The translations under genes and the position numbers were made by a program. Positions 1-8,592 of a stretch of 64,000 bases of DNA are shown here, piece by piece. The stretch covers positions 1,600,001-1,664,000 of the forward strand of contig OY760142.1 in NCBI GenBank assembly GCA_963663225.1. The letters are read 5' to 3'. This DNA is from Nitrospirota bacterium. GTDB lineage: Bacteria; Nitrospirota; UBA9217. Numbering within the stretch: the stretch's first letter is position 1; each line of letters starts with the position of its first letter. The notes under the pieces were generated by a model. The model was not told the origin of the DNA and did not search any database. It saw nothing but the letters and a program-made list of their open reading frames with translations.

Positions 1-84
1 GGCGAAAAACAGCGGATACTAACAGACTCGAAAAAAAGAGGCGACGCTGCGCAAAGAGAATAATGAATGCCTCACGAGGTGTCT

Positions 85-846
85 ATGGTACTGAAACGAC
101 GTCCCCTTATGGCAGGCAACTGGAAGATGAACAAAACCGCGACGGAGGCGCGCGATTTAGCAGCCAAAGTCATTCCGCTTGTGTCGGGAGTGCAGGACAG
201 GGACATCGTTCTTGCGCCGCCGTTTACAGCCCTCCAAACAGTGGCGGAAACAATCAAGGGCACGAATGTGGCGCTCTCTGCGCAAAATGTCTTTTGGGAG
301 GAAAAAGGCGCTTATACCGGCGAAATTTCCGCAGAAATGCTGTTGGATTTAGGCTGCGAATATGTTATCATAGGTCATAGTGAACGTCGCCAGTATTTTG
401 GTGAAACAGACGAAACGGTTAATAAAAAGGTCTGTCTGGCATTAAGCAAACGGCTGCATCCCATTGTCTGTGTGGGGGAAACGCTTCAAGAGCGGGAAGC
501 CGGCAGGGCGTACGAGGTAATCGAACGCCAAATAACGGGAGCCTTCAAAGGCGTAAGTGCTGCAGAAATGCAGCAGGTCATTGTTGCGTATGAACCTGTT
601 TGGGCAATCGGCACCGGGAAAACTGCTACACCGGCGCAGGCGGAAGAGGTTCATGCGCGCACCCGGCAGAAGATCAGCGCAATGTTCAACGACGATGTCT
701 CCGCCGCATTGCGCATTCTGTACGGTGGAAGCGTGACACCGGAAAATGTTTCCGCCCTCATGGCCATGCCGGACATCGATGGCGCGCTGGTGGGCGGCGC
801 AAGCCTGAAACCCGACTCATTTGCAGCACTGGTGAATTTTAGGTGA
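85..846 (+). CDS. tpiA: Triosephosphate isomerase
   Basis: AGNWKM, IGHSERR, AYEPVWAIGTG, LYGGSV and LVGGASL motifs; GAGGTG RBS before ATG 85. Confidence 0.97.
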   Translation: MVLKRRPLMAGNWKMNKTATEARDLAAKVIPLVSGVQDRDIVLAPPFTALQTVAETIKGTNVALSAQNVFWEEKGAYTGEISAEMLLDLGCEYVIIGHSERRQYFGETDETVNKKVCLALSKRLHPIVCVGETLQEREAGRAYEVIERQITGAFKGVSAAEMQQVIVAYEPVWAIGTGKTATPAQAEEVHARTRQKISAMFNDDVSAALRILYGGSVTPENVSALMAMPDIDGALVGGASLKPDSFAALVNFR

Positions 847-914
847 CCGCACGGAACGTTTTCCGCAAACAGCGCGAACGGTGCGGTGAATCTATAATAG
901 CGTAGGAGGAAGTA

Positions 915-1229
915 ATGCATATTTTGGTAGTAATCGTTCATGTTCTTGTCGCCATTATCCTAATCCTGATGGTTCTTCTGCAAAAAGGCAAAGGTGCCGA
1001 CATCGGCGCAGCCTTCGGCGGTGCATCACAGACCGTATTCGGTCCCCGAGGAGCGCAAAGCTTTTTATCGAAGCTTACGACAGGTGCTGCGGTACTGTTT
1101 ATGGTAACCTCGCTGGTGCTGGCAATCACGGAATCAAAGAAAAGCTCGGTTATGGAAGGTGTGAAGCAGGAACAGACGGCGCCTGCTGTTCCGCCAGCCC
1201 AGGCACCCGCACCACAGCCGCCGAAATAA
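915..1229 (+). CDS. secG: Preprotein translocase subunit SecG
   Basis: Two TM segments, [16 protein letters not shown] motif, AGGAGG RBS, classic position after tpiA. Confidence 0.95.
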   Translation: MHILVVIVHVLVAIILILMVLLQKGKGADIGAAFGGASQTVFGPRGAQSFLSKLTTGAAVLFMVTSLVLAITESKKSSVMEGVKQEQTAPAVPPAQAPAPQPPK

Positions 1230-1266
1230 TTGTCCATACTGTCCCGCTTGATGCACACCGTTACGG

Positions 1267-1296
1267 GGGTAGGCCTTGCCTACCCTTTTATTTTTT
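1267..1296 (+). terminator. Intrinsic terminator after secG
   Basis: GGGTAGGC-ctt-GCCTACCC stem followed by T-rich tail. Confidence 0.75.
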
Positions 1297-1353
1297 ATGA
1301 TAACCACAGTGATCAAGAAGCCAGAAAACACGTATCTCCTGCAGCCGTCATCG

Positions 1354-2970
1354 ATGGACGTTTCCTCCCTGCGCAGAAAGGCGGTTTTTTTTCTGCGGCT
1401 CCTGCTGCCGTCCCTTTGCCTGCTTTTCCCGCTCCTTTTTGCGTGCGGGCAGAAGGTTGAGCGGAATCCGAATACCTTTATTGAAAGCTCAATCGGCGAT
1501 GCACGCCGGCTGAATCCGATCATTGCGAACGACAGCGCTTCGGGCACCATTAATGATTTGGTTTTTAACGGTTTGGTCAAATACGACAAGGACATCAAGC
1601 TGATAGGGGATCTGGCGGAACGCTGGACGATCTCGAATGCGGGGAAAACAATTACCTTTTACCTTCGCAAGGGCGTGACCTGGCATGACGGCGTGGAATT
1701 TACCGCTGAGGACTGTCTCTTCACGTATCAGAAAATAACTGATCCTGCGGTAGCCACGCCATACAGCAGTTCGTACATGGACGTGATCAAGGCTGAAGCC
1801 GTAGGCAAGCATATTTTCCGCGTGACGTACAAAGAGCCGTTCTCGCCCGCGCTCGAAAGCTGGGCGATCGGAATGCTTCCGAAACATATTCTTGTCGAGA
1901 AGGATATCAATACCGATCCTTTTAACCGCAATCCCGTTGGAACAGGGCCGTACAAGTTCCGGGAATGGGTTGCAGGACAGAAGATTGTGCTCGATGCAAA
2001 TGATCATTATTTCGAGGGAAGACCGCATATAGACCAGGTCATCTACCGCATTATTCCGGACAGCTCGACCATGTTCCAGGAGCTGCTGTCCGGAGGGATT
2101 GATATGATGGGTCTGAATCCGCTTCAATACCTTCGCAAAAGCGAGACCCGCAGAATCAAGGAAAATTACCGGAAGTTCAGATATCCGGCAAACGGATTTA
2201 CCTACCTGGGATATAATTTAAGAAATCCGCTTTTTGCGGACAAACACGTTCGACAGGCCCTGGCTTATGCAATCGACCGGCAGGCGATCATTGATGGAAT
2301 CGTGCTCGGCCTCGGCAGGCCATGTACGGGCCCGTTCTCCGATGTCTCCTGGGCATACAACCGGAATGCCAAGAGCTATCCGTATGATCCTGAACAGGCG
2401 ACACGGATGCTTGCAGAGGCAGGCTGGACAACGTCCGGAACCGGCGGTGTTCTGGAGAAAAACGGCAAGCCGTTCCGCTTCACGATCATGACCAATCAGG
2501 GAAATAATGAGCGGATCCGGGCCGCTGAAATTATCCAGCAGAACTGCAAAAAAGTAGGGATTGAGGTAAACATCCGGGTCATGGAATGGCAGGCGTTTCT
2601 CGAACAGATCGACAAACGGTCTTTTGACGCCATAATCCTCGGCTGGAGCATGGGAAGGGATCCGGACATCTACGACATCTGGCACTCCAGCAAAACCAAG
2701 AAGGGCGAATATAATTTCATCGGATACAACAACGCGGAAGTTGACCGGCTGCTTATCGAAGGCCGCCGGACTTTCGACAGAGAGAAGCGAACGCGAATAT
2801 ACCACCGGATCCACGCGATTCTGGCAGAGGAACAGCCCTATGCCTTTCTGTATGTGCCGGATGCGACTCCGATCGTGCACAAACGCTTCAAAGGGATTGC
2901 GGTCGCGTCGCTCGGCATCATGTATAATTTCACGAAGTGGTACGTGCCGAACAACAGGGTTGAATGGTGA
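1354..2970 (+). CDS. Peptide/nickel ABC transporter substrate-binding lipoprotein (family 5)
   Basis: Lipobox LFAC; LAERW...TFYLRKGVTWHDG, PVGTGPYKF and VRQALAYAIDR motifs; start uncertain (track 1276). Confidence 0.9.
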   Translation: MDVSSLRRKAVFFLRLLLPSLCLLFPLLFACGQKVERNPNTFIESSIGDARRLNPIIANDSASGTINDLVFNGLVKYDKDIKLIGDLAERWTISNAGKTITFYLRKGVTWHDGVEFTAEDCLFTYQKITDPAVATPYSSSYMDVIKAEAVGKHIFRVTYKEPFSPALESWAIGMLPKHILVEKDINTDPFNRNPVGTGPYKFREWVAGQKIVLDANDHYFEGRPHIDQVIYRIIPDSSTMFQELLSGGIDMMGLNPLQYLRKSETRRIKENYRKFRYPANGFTYLGYNLRNPLFADKHVRQALAYAIDRQAIIDGIVLGLGRPCTGPFSDVSWAYNRNAKSYPYDPEQATRMLAEAGWTTSGTGGVLEKNGKPFRFTIMTNQGNNERIRAAEIIQQNCKKVGIEVNIRVMEWQAFLEQIDKRSFDAIILGWSMGRDPDIYDIWHSSKTKKGEYNFIGYNNAEVDRLLIEGRRTFDREKRTRIYHRIHAILAEEQPYAFLYVPDATPIVHKRFKGIAVASLGIMYNFTKWYVPNNRVEW

Positions 2971-3005
2971 TTCCAGAACCAGCACCGGGCATTTCATAAA
3001 ATCAC

Positions 3006-3989
3006 ATGTCCATCATTTGCGTACAGAACCTTACAAAGCAGTTTAAATCCCTCAACGCAGTGGACGGCATCTCTTTTTGCGTTGATGAAGGAGAGGTATT
3101 TGGTTTTCTCGGGCCGAACGGCGCCGGAAAAACCACGACCATCAACATCCTGTGCACGCTCCTCTCCGCAACGGCGGGAAAAGCGGAAATTGCGGGTTTT
3201 GACTGCGCGAAGCACCCAGATCAGGTGCGCTCCGCCATCGGCCTCATATTTCAGGATACGACGCTTGACATGGGGCTCACGGCCTATGAAAATCTCAAGT
3301 TTCATGCATATTTGTACAACCTTGACCGCGCTCTGGCCGATCGCAGGATTGATGAGATGCTTGCCGTGGTAGAACTCCGGGACCGCAAACATGACCTTAT
3401 TAAAAATTTTTCCGGAGGGATGAAGCGGCGTCTTGAGATTGCGCGGGGTCTTTTGCATTATCCGCGGGTGCTGTTTCTTGATGAGCCAACCATCGGCCTT
3501 GACCCGCAGACCCGCAGCTCGATTTGGGACTTCATCAACTCTCTCAGGAAAAAAGAAAAAATAACGGTTTTTATGACGACGCATTACATGGAAGAGGCCG
3601 AGAACTGCGATCGCATCGCCATCATTGACCATGGTAAAATCATTGCACTCGACACGCCGGCCCGGCTTGAGGAAACGATCCACGGCGATGTTATTCACCT
3701 TATAACTGTCGACAACGAACGCGCTATGCAGGAGATCCGGAAAACATTCAACATCGCCGTTCGGGAAGAAAACGGCGGTCTCTCCCTAGAAGTTGAAAAA
3801 GGCGATGAATTCGTCCCTCGATTGATCCACGCTCTTTCGGTCAGAACGGTGTCCGTAAACCTGAAAAAATCCACATTGAACGATGTGTTCCTGAGGCTTA
3901 CCGGAAGGACCATTCGTGACGATATTGCGCAGGGAAGCAGGGAAACCACGCGTGAGTTCGTGCGCAGTCACCGGAGGGCGCAGCGTTGA
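3006..3989 (+). CDS. ABC-2 (DrrA-like) exporter ATP-binding protein
   Basis: GPNGAGKT, FSGGMKRR, LFLDEPT, TTHYMEEAE. Confidence 0.92.
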   Translation: MSIICVQNLTKQFKSLNAVDGISFCVDEGEVFGFLGPNGAGKTTTINILCTLLSATAGKAEIAGFDCAKHPDQVRSAIGLIFQDTTLDMGLTAYENLKFHAYLYNLDRALADRRIDEMLAVVELRDRKHDLIKNFSGGMKRRLEIARGLLHYPRVLFLDEPTIGLDPQTRSSIWDFINSLRKKEKITVFMTTHYMEEAENCDRIAIIDHGKIIALDTPARLEETIHGDVIHLITVDNERAMQEIRKTFNIAVREENGGLSLEVEKGDEFVPRLIHALSVRTVSVNLKKSTLNDVFLRLTGRTIRDDIAQGSRETTREFVRSHRRAQR

Positions 3990-4753
3990 TACAACTCCGT
4001 GCCATGTATGTCATCTGCAATCGGGAGTTTATAAAATTTTTCCGCGAGAAAAGCAGGCTGCTCGGGACCCTTGCCCGTCCTGTTCTCTGGCTGTTCGTGG
4101 TGGGGAGCGGGATGAGCGCGCTGATCAGGCCGCAGGCGGGTTTTTCTTATATTCAATTCATTTTTCCTGGCATGATCGGAATGACGATTCTTTTCTCATC
4201 AATTTTTTCATCCATCTCGATTGTCTGGGACCGGGAGTTCGGCTTTATGAAAGAAATGCTGATCGCACCCATCTCGCGCGTTTCCATCGTGTTCGGGAAA
4301 GCATTCTCCGGCATGTTTATATCAACGGCACAGGCCCTGATCATTCTGCTTCTCGTACCTCTTCTCGGCATTCAGGTAACGCTTGCACAGTTTTTTGAAG
4401 TCGTGGCCGCATCGCTGATCGTTTCGTTCTGCATCACCTCTCTGGGAATTCTGATCGCGGTAAGAATGGTCTCCTTCGACGGTTTCAATGTTATTATGAA
4501 TTTTCTTGTCATGCCGATGTTTTTTCTCTCCGGCGCCATGTACCCGGTTTCCTCGCTTCCAGCCGTGCTGAAGGAAATGTCGTATCTTAATCCGCTCACC
4601 TATGGCGTTGATCTCTTCAAACATTCGCTGCTTCGCAACAGCATACCCCCTCTGGGAGCGGAGTTTCCACTGGCACTCGATCTTGTTATTATTTTTGCGG
4701 TATCAGCCGTTACGATTGCCTGTGCGGCGTGGTCGTTCAGAAGGCAGGATTGA
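3986..4753 (+). CDS. ABC-2 (DrrB-like) exporter permease
   Basis: Multi-TM protein; DREFGFMKEMLIAP, FLSGAMYP and NPLTY motifs; overlaps the ATPase stop. Confidence 0.9.
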   Translation: MIQLRAMYVICNREFIKFFREKSRLLGTLARPVLWLFVVGSGMSALIRPQAGFSYIQFIFPGMIGMTILFSSIFSSISIVWDREFGFMKEMLIAPISRVSIVFGKAFSGMFISTAQALIILLLVPLLGIQVTLAQFFEVVAASLIVSFCITSLGILIAVRMVSFDGFNVIMNFLVMPMFFLSGAMYPVSSLPAVLKEMSYLNPLTYGVDLFKHSLLRNSIPPLGAEFPLALDLVIIFAVSAVTIACAAWSFRRQD

Positions 4754-4797
4754 CGGTTGCTGCAAACGATGTATGTGCGGCCGGTCAGGTATTGCTT

Positions 4798-7254
4798 TTA
4801 TTTCTTGTCCGGGAGTGGACCTTTCCGCAAAGGCGCTTCGTTGTCTTCGTTTCTGTCTTTTCTCTCTTCGCTTTTATCGTCTTTTTTCATTTTTTTAGAC
4901 ATTGCTTTCAGGCGGTTGTCGACCAGAAAATTGATGGTACCTTCGGGATAGGACCCGTCCGTCTTCCGCTCACCTGCAGGGAGGCCCATGAGGATCTCCA
5001 GTGCCTCGTTTATTGACGCGACTGCGTATATTCTGAATGTTCCATTCCGAACAGCATCCACCACGTCTTTTCTGAGCATCAGATTTTTGATATTCAACCG
5101 GGGGATAATGACACCCTGGTCGCCGGACAATCCGCGATTTTTACAAACGGCAAAAAACCCTTCTATTTTTTCGTTCACCCCGCCGATGGGCTGGATTTCC
5201 CCCCGCTGGTTGATCGAGCCGGTAATTGCGATATTTTGCCGGACCGGCAGTTCGGCAATCGCGGAAATCAGCGCGATGAGCTCCGCTGCGGAGGCGCTGT
5301 CGCCTTCTATTTCTCCGTAGCTTTGTTCAAAGGCAAGGCTTGCGGAAAGCGAGAGCGCCTGGTTCTGGGCATAGGTGCCCCCCAGATAGCCTTCGAGAAT
5401 GAGTACGCCTTTGTTATAGATGCGGCCGGACAGCTTTGCCTCGCGTTCAATGTTGACGATGCCCGTTTTGCCTAAAAAAACGCGGCTGGTAATCCGTGAC
5501 GGTTTACCGAACGAAAAATCCCCGATTTCATAAATAGACAAGCCATTCACCTGGCCGGCCACCGCGCCGGCGAGGTCCACCATGAGTGTTCCGTCTTCAT
5601 ACAGTTCCTGGATGCGCTCGTCAATCAGGTTGGCACGATAGATTTCTTCATCAAGCGCCTTGTCCACATGTTCGGCAAGAACCACGCTGCTGCCTCCCCG
5701 GGCGGCCCAATATGATGATTCCCGCACGAGGTCGGCGAGGTTGTTGAACCGGAGCGAGAGTTTTTCCTTTTTTTCGGCAAGCCGCACGGCATGGTCTATG
5801 ACACCCGCGACGGCGCTCCGGTCGAACGGAAGAAGGCCGTCATGCTTTCCGATATTTCCGATGAAGTTGGCATAGAGCATTTTTTCTTCAGGGGAATTTT
5901 TCGTCTGCGTGTCAAAATCCGATTTGACTTTAAAGAGCTCGCGAAAATCCTCATCATAGCTGTACAGGAGATGATACAGCCAGGGGCTGCCGAGCATGAT
6001 GATTTTCAGAGAAACCGGAATGGGTTCTGGTTTGATTCCACCGCCGGTGAAACCATAGAGTTCATACACATCCTCAATGGTTACCTCGTTTTTTTTGATA
6101 ATACGCTTGATCGCGTCCCAGGAAAATGGGTTCCTGAGCACGTCGAGCGCGTTCAGCAGGAGATAGCCGCCGTTAGCCTTCAGGACTGCGCCGCACTTGA
6201 TCATGGTGAAGTTGGTGTAAAAAGCGCCGAATTTCGCCTTGCGCTCGATGCGCCCCACGAGCTTGTTGTATGTCGGGTTTGCTTCTTCCACGAGCGGCGC
6301 TCCTTTGGTGTCGGCATTGTCCACAACAAGGTTTACTTTGTAGCGCTCCAGAAAATTCCCCTTGTCCATGCCTTCCATGGAAAACGGCATTTCCTGGGTT
6401 TGTCCCAGAAAATCGCGCAGATTTCGCAGAATGTCCTCTTCAACATCTGCAAGATATTCAAGAATACGGGGCTGAGCCCGGTATTTCTCCTTGAGCTCCT
6501 CTAATTGATGCCCCATCGCAAAGCGGACAATACGGCGGTTCAGGTCGTGGAGTTTTTCATGCATTTCCTTATCGAGTTGGCGGGCTTTCGCAAGAAAATC
6601 CCGGATCGCCGAATCTACCTTTTTTTCGCGGTCCTCAAGATCACGCCTCTGGTCCAGGCTAAGCTTCTCCATGTCCTGCTGCTCAAGAGGTTTTCCTTTC
6701 CACAAAGGTACTTTGACAATACCTGTTCTGGTAATGGACAGCTGAAAGCCCAGTTCCACCGCGTGCGCGCCGGCTTCGCTGAAGAGGACTTCCTTTGCTT
6801 TTTCCACGTCATTTACAATGCGGCTTTTTTGCTCCTCATATTCCTTGGATTCAAAAACCTTGGGAATTTCCGCCTGCATAAACTCGATGAACCTTTCGAT
6901 GTCATGCTGGAATTCTCGGCCTTTCCCGGGGAAAAGGCTTACAGCGCGCGGGTTGTCGGGGTCGGAAAAGTTGTTAATATAGCACCAATCAGCAGGAACA
7001 GGGCGATCAAGCGCAATTTTACTTATGATTGACTTGACGATCGTGGTTCTGCCTGTGCCCGGAATGCCCGAAACGAAGATGTTATATCCGTGGTTCCGTA
7101 TGGAAAGACCGAATTCGATCGCCTTGACAGCGCGTGTCTGGCCGATGACCTTGTCCTCAAGCGGCAGTTCAGCAGTTGTCTGGAAGGTAAACTCGGAAGG
7201 ATCGCATGCATGCCGAAGTTCAGAAAGAGGTACTTCGTGGCCCTTGATAGGCAT
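4798..7254 (-). CDS. LonB/LonC-type ATP-dependent protease (AAA + Lon protease domain)
   Basis: IGQTRA, GIPGTGRT, ANGGYL, catalytic EGDSAS and PIGGVNEKIEGF; AGGAGG RBS. Confidence 0.92.
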   Translation of the reverse strand: MPIKGHEVPLSELRHACDPSEFTFQTTAELPLEDKVIGQTRAVKAIEFGLSIRNHGYNIFVSGIPGTGRTTIVKSIISKIALDRPVPADWCYINNFSDPDNPRAVSLFPGKGREFQHDIERFIEFMQAEIPKVFESKEYEEQKSRIVNDVEKAKEVLFSEAGAHAVELGFQLSITRTGIVKVPLWKGKPLEQQDMEKLSLDQRRDLEDREKKVDSAIRDFLAKARQLDKEMHEKLHDLNRRIVRFAMGHQLEELKEKYRAQPRILEYLADVEEDILRNLRDFLGQTQEMPFSMEGMDKGNFLERYKVNLVVDNADTKGAPLVEEANPTYNKLVGRIERKAKFGAFYTNFTMIKCGAVLKANGGYLLLNALDVLRNPFSWDAIKRIIKKNEVTIEDVYELYGFTGGGIKPEPIPVSLKIIMLGSPWLYHLLYSYDEDFRELFKVKSDFDTQTKNSPEEKMLYANFIGNIGKHDGLLPFDRSAVAGVIDHAVRLAEKKEKLSLRFNNLADLVRESSYWAARGGSSVVLAEHVDKALDEEIYRANLIDERIQELYEDGTLMVDLAGAVAGQVNGLSIYEIGDFSFGKPSRITSRVFLGKTGIVNIEREAKLSGRIYNKGVLILEGYLGGTYAQNQALSLSASLAFEQSYGEIEGDSASAAELIALISAIAELPVRQNIAITGSINQRGEIQPIGGVNEKIEGFFAVCKNRGLSGDQGVIIPRLNIKNLMLRKDVVDAVRNGTFRIYAVASINEALEILMGLPAGERKTDGSYPEGTINFLVDNRLKAMSKKMKKDDKSEERKDRNEDNEAPLRKGPLPDKK

Positions 7255-7287
7255 ATCAACCTCCTTGTCGATACATCAGCTGTTAAA

Positions 7288-7316
7288 ATTGTATGCGCCA
7301 CTATCGTCCTTGTCAA
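7288..7316 (-). promoter_or_regulatory. Sigma70-type promoter of the Lon-like gene
   Basis: TTGACA-17 nt-TACAAT on the minus strand. Confidence 0.7.
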
Positions 7317-7361
7317 GGGATCTGCAGTCTACGGCGCGTGACCGGACAAAAACAATTTTTA

Positions 7362-7390
7362 TTGCTTTTTTTTGCAAGGGTCACTATAAT
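7362..7390 (+). promoter_or_regulatory. Sigma70-type promoter upstream of the thioredoxin gene
   Basis: TTGCTT-17 nt-TATAAT. Confidence 0.55.
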
Positions 7391-7576
7391 TTTTCCTGGT
7401 ATACTTAAAATACAGCACGGTGAACACGCTGAACAAAATCGCGGGACTTTTTGCGGGAGGCTTTACACGAATGGCGCCAAAGAACGACTTCCGGCAGAAA
7501 TGGCGGCAGAATACTGACGATTGCGCAGTAATGCAGATTTAAGCTTTGAGCGCTTTATACGAACAACGGAGGCAGT

Positions 7577-8152
7577 GTGGAAAATTTACAACGCTGGTAT
7601 GGAGAAAACAGAAGAGCGGGGGCAGATCGAAGGAAATTTGCAGACCCGAATTTTTTGGGGCCGGACACGAGAACCGGAAAGGACAGAAGATACCGGGAAA
7701 AACGACAGCTTCTTGTCCGGTGTCCCCATTGCCTCATGCTGAACAGGGTCTTGCTTGACAAGCTGTTTACCAAACCGGTGTGCGGCAATTGCAAAGCAGT
7801 TCTCGATTTTCCCCAGCAGCCGGTTTGGGTGAAATCTGACGGATTTGAGCGTTCAATTGCGCACTGGCCGGAGACCCTTCTGGTGGTATTTACGGCGCCG
7901 CTCTGCCTTTACTGTAAAATAGTCGATCCGGTTCTGCAGGAACTGTCCTGGGAAAAAGCGGGGCAGTTAAAAGTCATGAAGGTTGATGCTGAGTCCGAAC
8001 AGGATTTGTCCCGGCGCTTGAGTGTCGAAAAGACCCCTACGTTTATTCTGTATAAAAACGGAGAGAAAGTTCTGCGTATTGATGGTGCGCCGAAAGATAA
8101 AACTGATATTGCCAAATGGGTCACAAACATCATAAACTTTTCAAACTACTGA
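7577..8152 (+). CDS. TrxC-like thioredoxin with Zn ribbon and Arg-rich N-terminal extension
   Basis: CPHC...CGNC zinc ribbon, FTAPLCLYC active site, cis-Pro motif TPTF; GGAGG RBS before GTG. Confidence 0.8.
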   Translation: MENLQRWYGENRRAGADRRKFADPNFLGPDTRTGKDRRYREKRQLLVRCPHCLMLNRVLLDKLFTKPVCGNCKAVLDFPQQPVWVKSDGFERSIAHWPETLLVVFTAPLCLYCKIVDPVLQELSWEKAGQLKVMKVDAESEQDLSRRLSVEKTPTFILYKNGEKVLRIDGAPKDKTDIAKWVTNIINFSNY

Positions 8153-8503
8153 TTTCTGTTCCTCCCAACAAAGCGCAAGACACTATCTGGGTTCGTATTC
8201 AGCCAATGCGCGAGGAGCGTAGAGAACGGTTTTCTTAAGATACTCCCTCTTTTTTTCTGCTTACTGGCCCTCCAGATACCGAACTGAAAACAGTAAAGAA
8301 TTCTGCCGATCTTCCGAAAAGATACGGAAGATAATCATTTATACAAACAGCTACGAAAAGAATCTTCTAACTGGATGAAAATTTTGTCAGAATTGCTTGC
8401 ATGAAATCTGCCCCAAAGCGGCGCGTATCGTGTTGTGCGCAACGGGGGAAAAACGAACTATAACAGCCATAATCGTTTTTTTTATGAATAGCAAAAGGAT
8501 ATG

Positions 8504-8532
8504 TTGACTTCCCTGTCAAGAAAGGCTAAACT
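8504..8532 (+). promoter_or_regulatory. Sigma70-type promoter with palindrome over the -35
   Basis: TTGACT-17 nt-TAAACT; TTGAC-N6-GTCAA inverted repeat at 8504-8519. Confidence 0.5.
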
Positions 8533-8592
8533 GCGAATAAGTTACAAGAATTATAACTTTTTCCCGATTTCGCGCCCAACGGTTATTATCGA

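Noticed and set aside
1-63. 3' tail of an upstream CDS (GEKQRILTDSKKRGDAAQRE-stop)
   Set aside because: Too short to assign; not recognisable as pgk
1230-1353. tRNA-Leu often found after secG
   Set aside because: No cloverleaf or TTCGA arm; only a terminator hairpin
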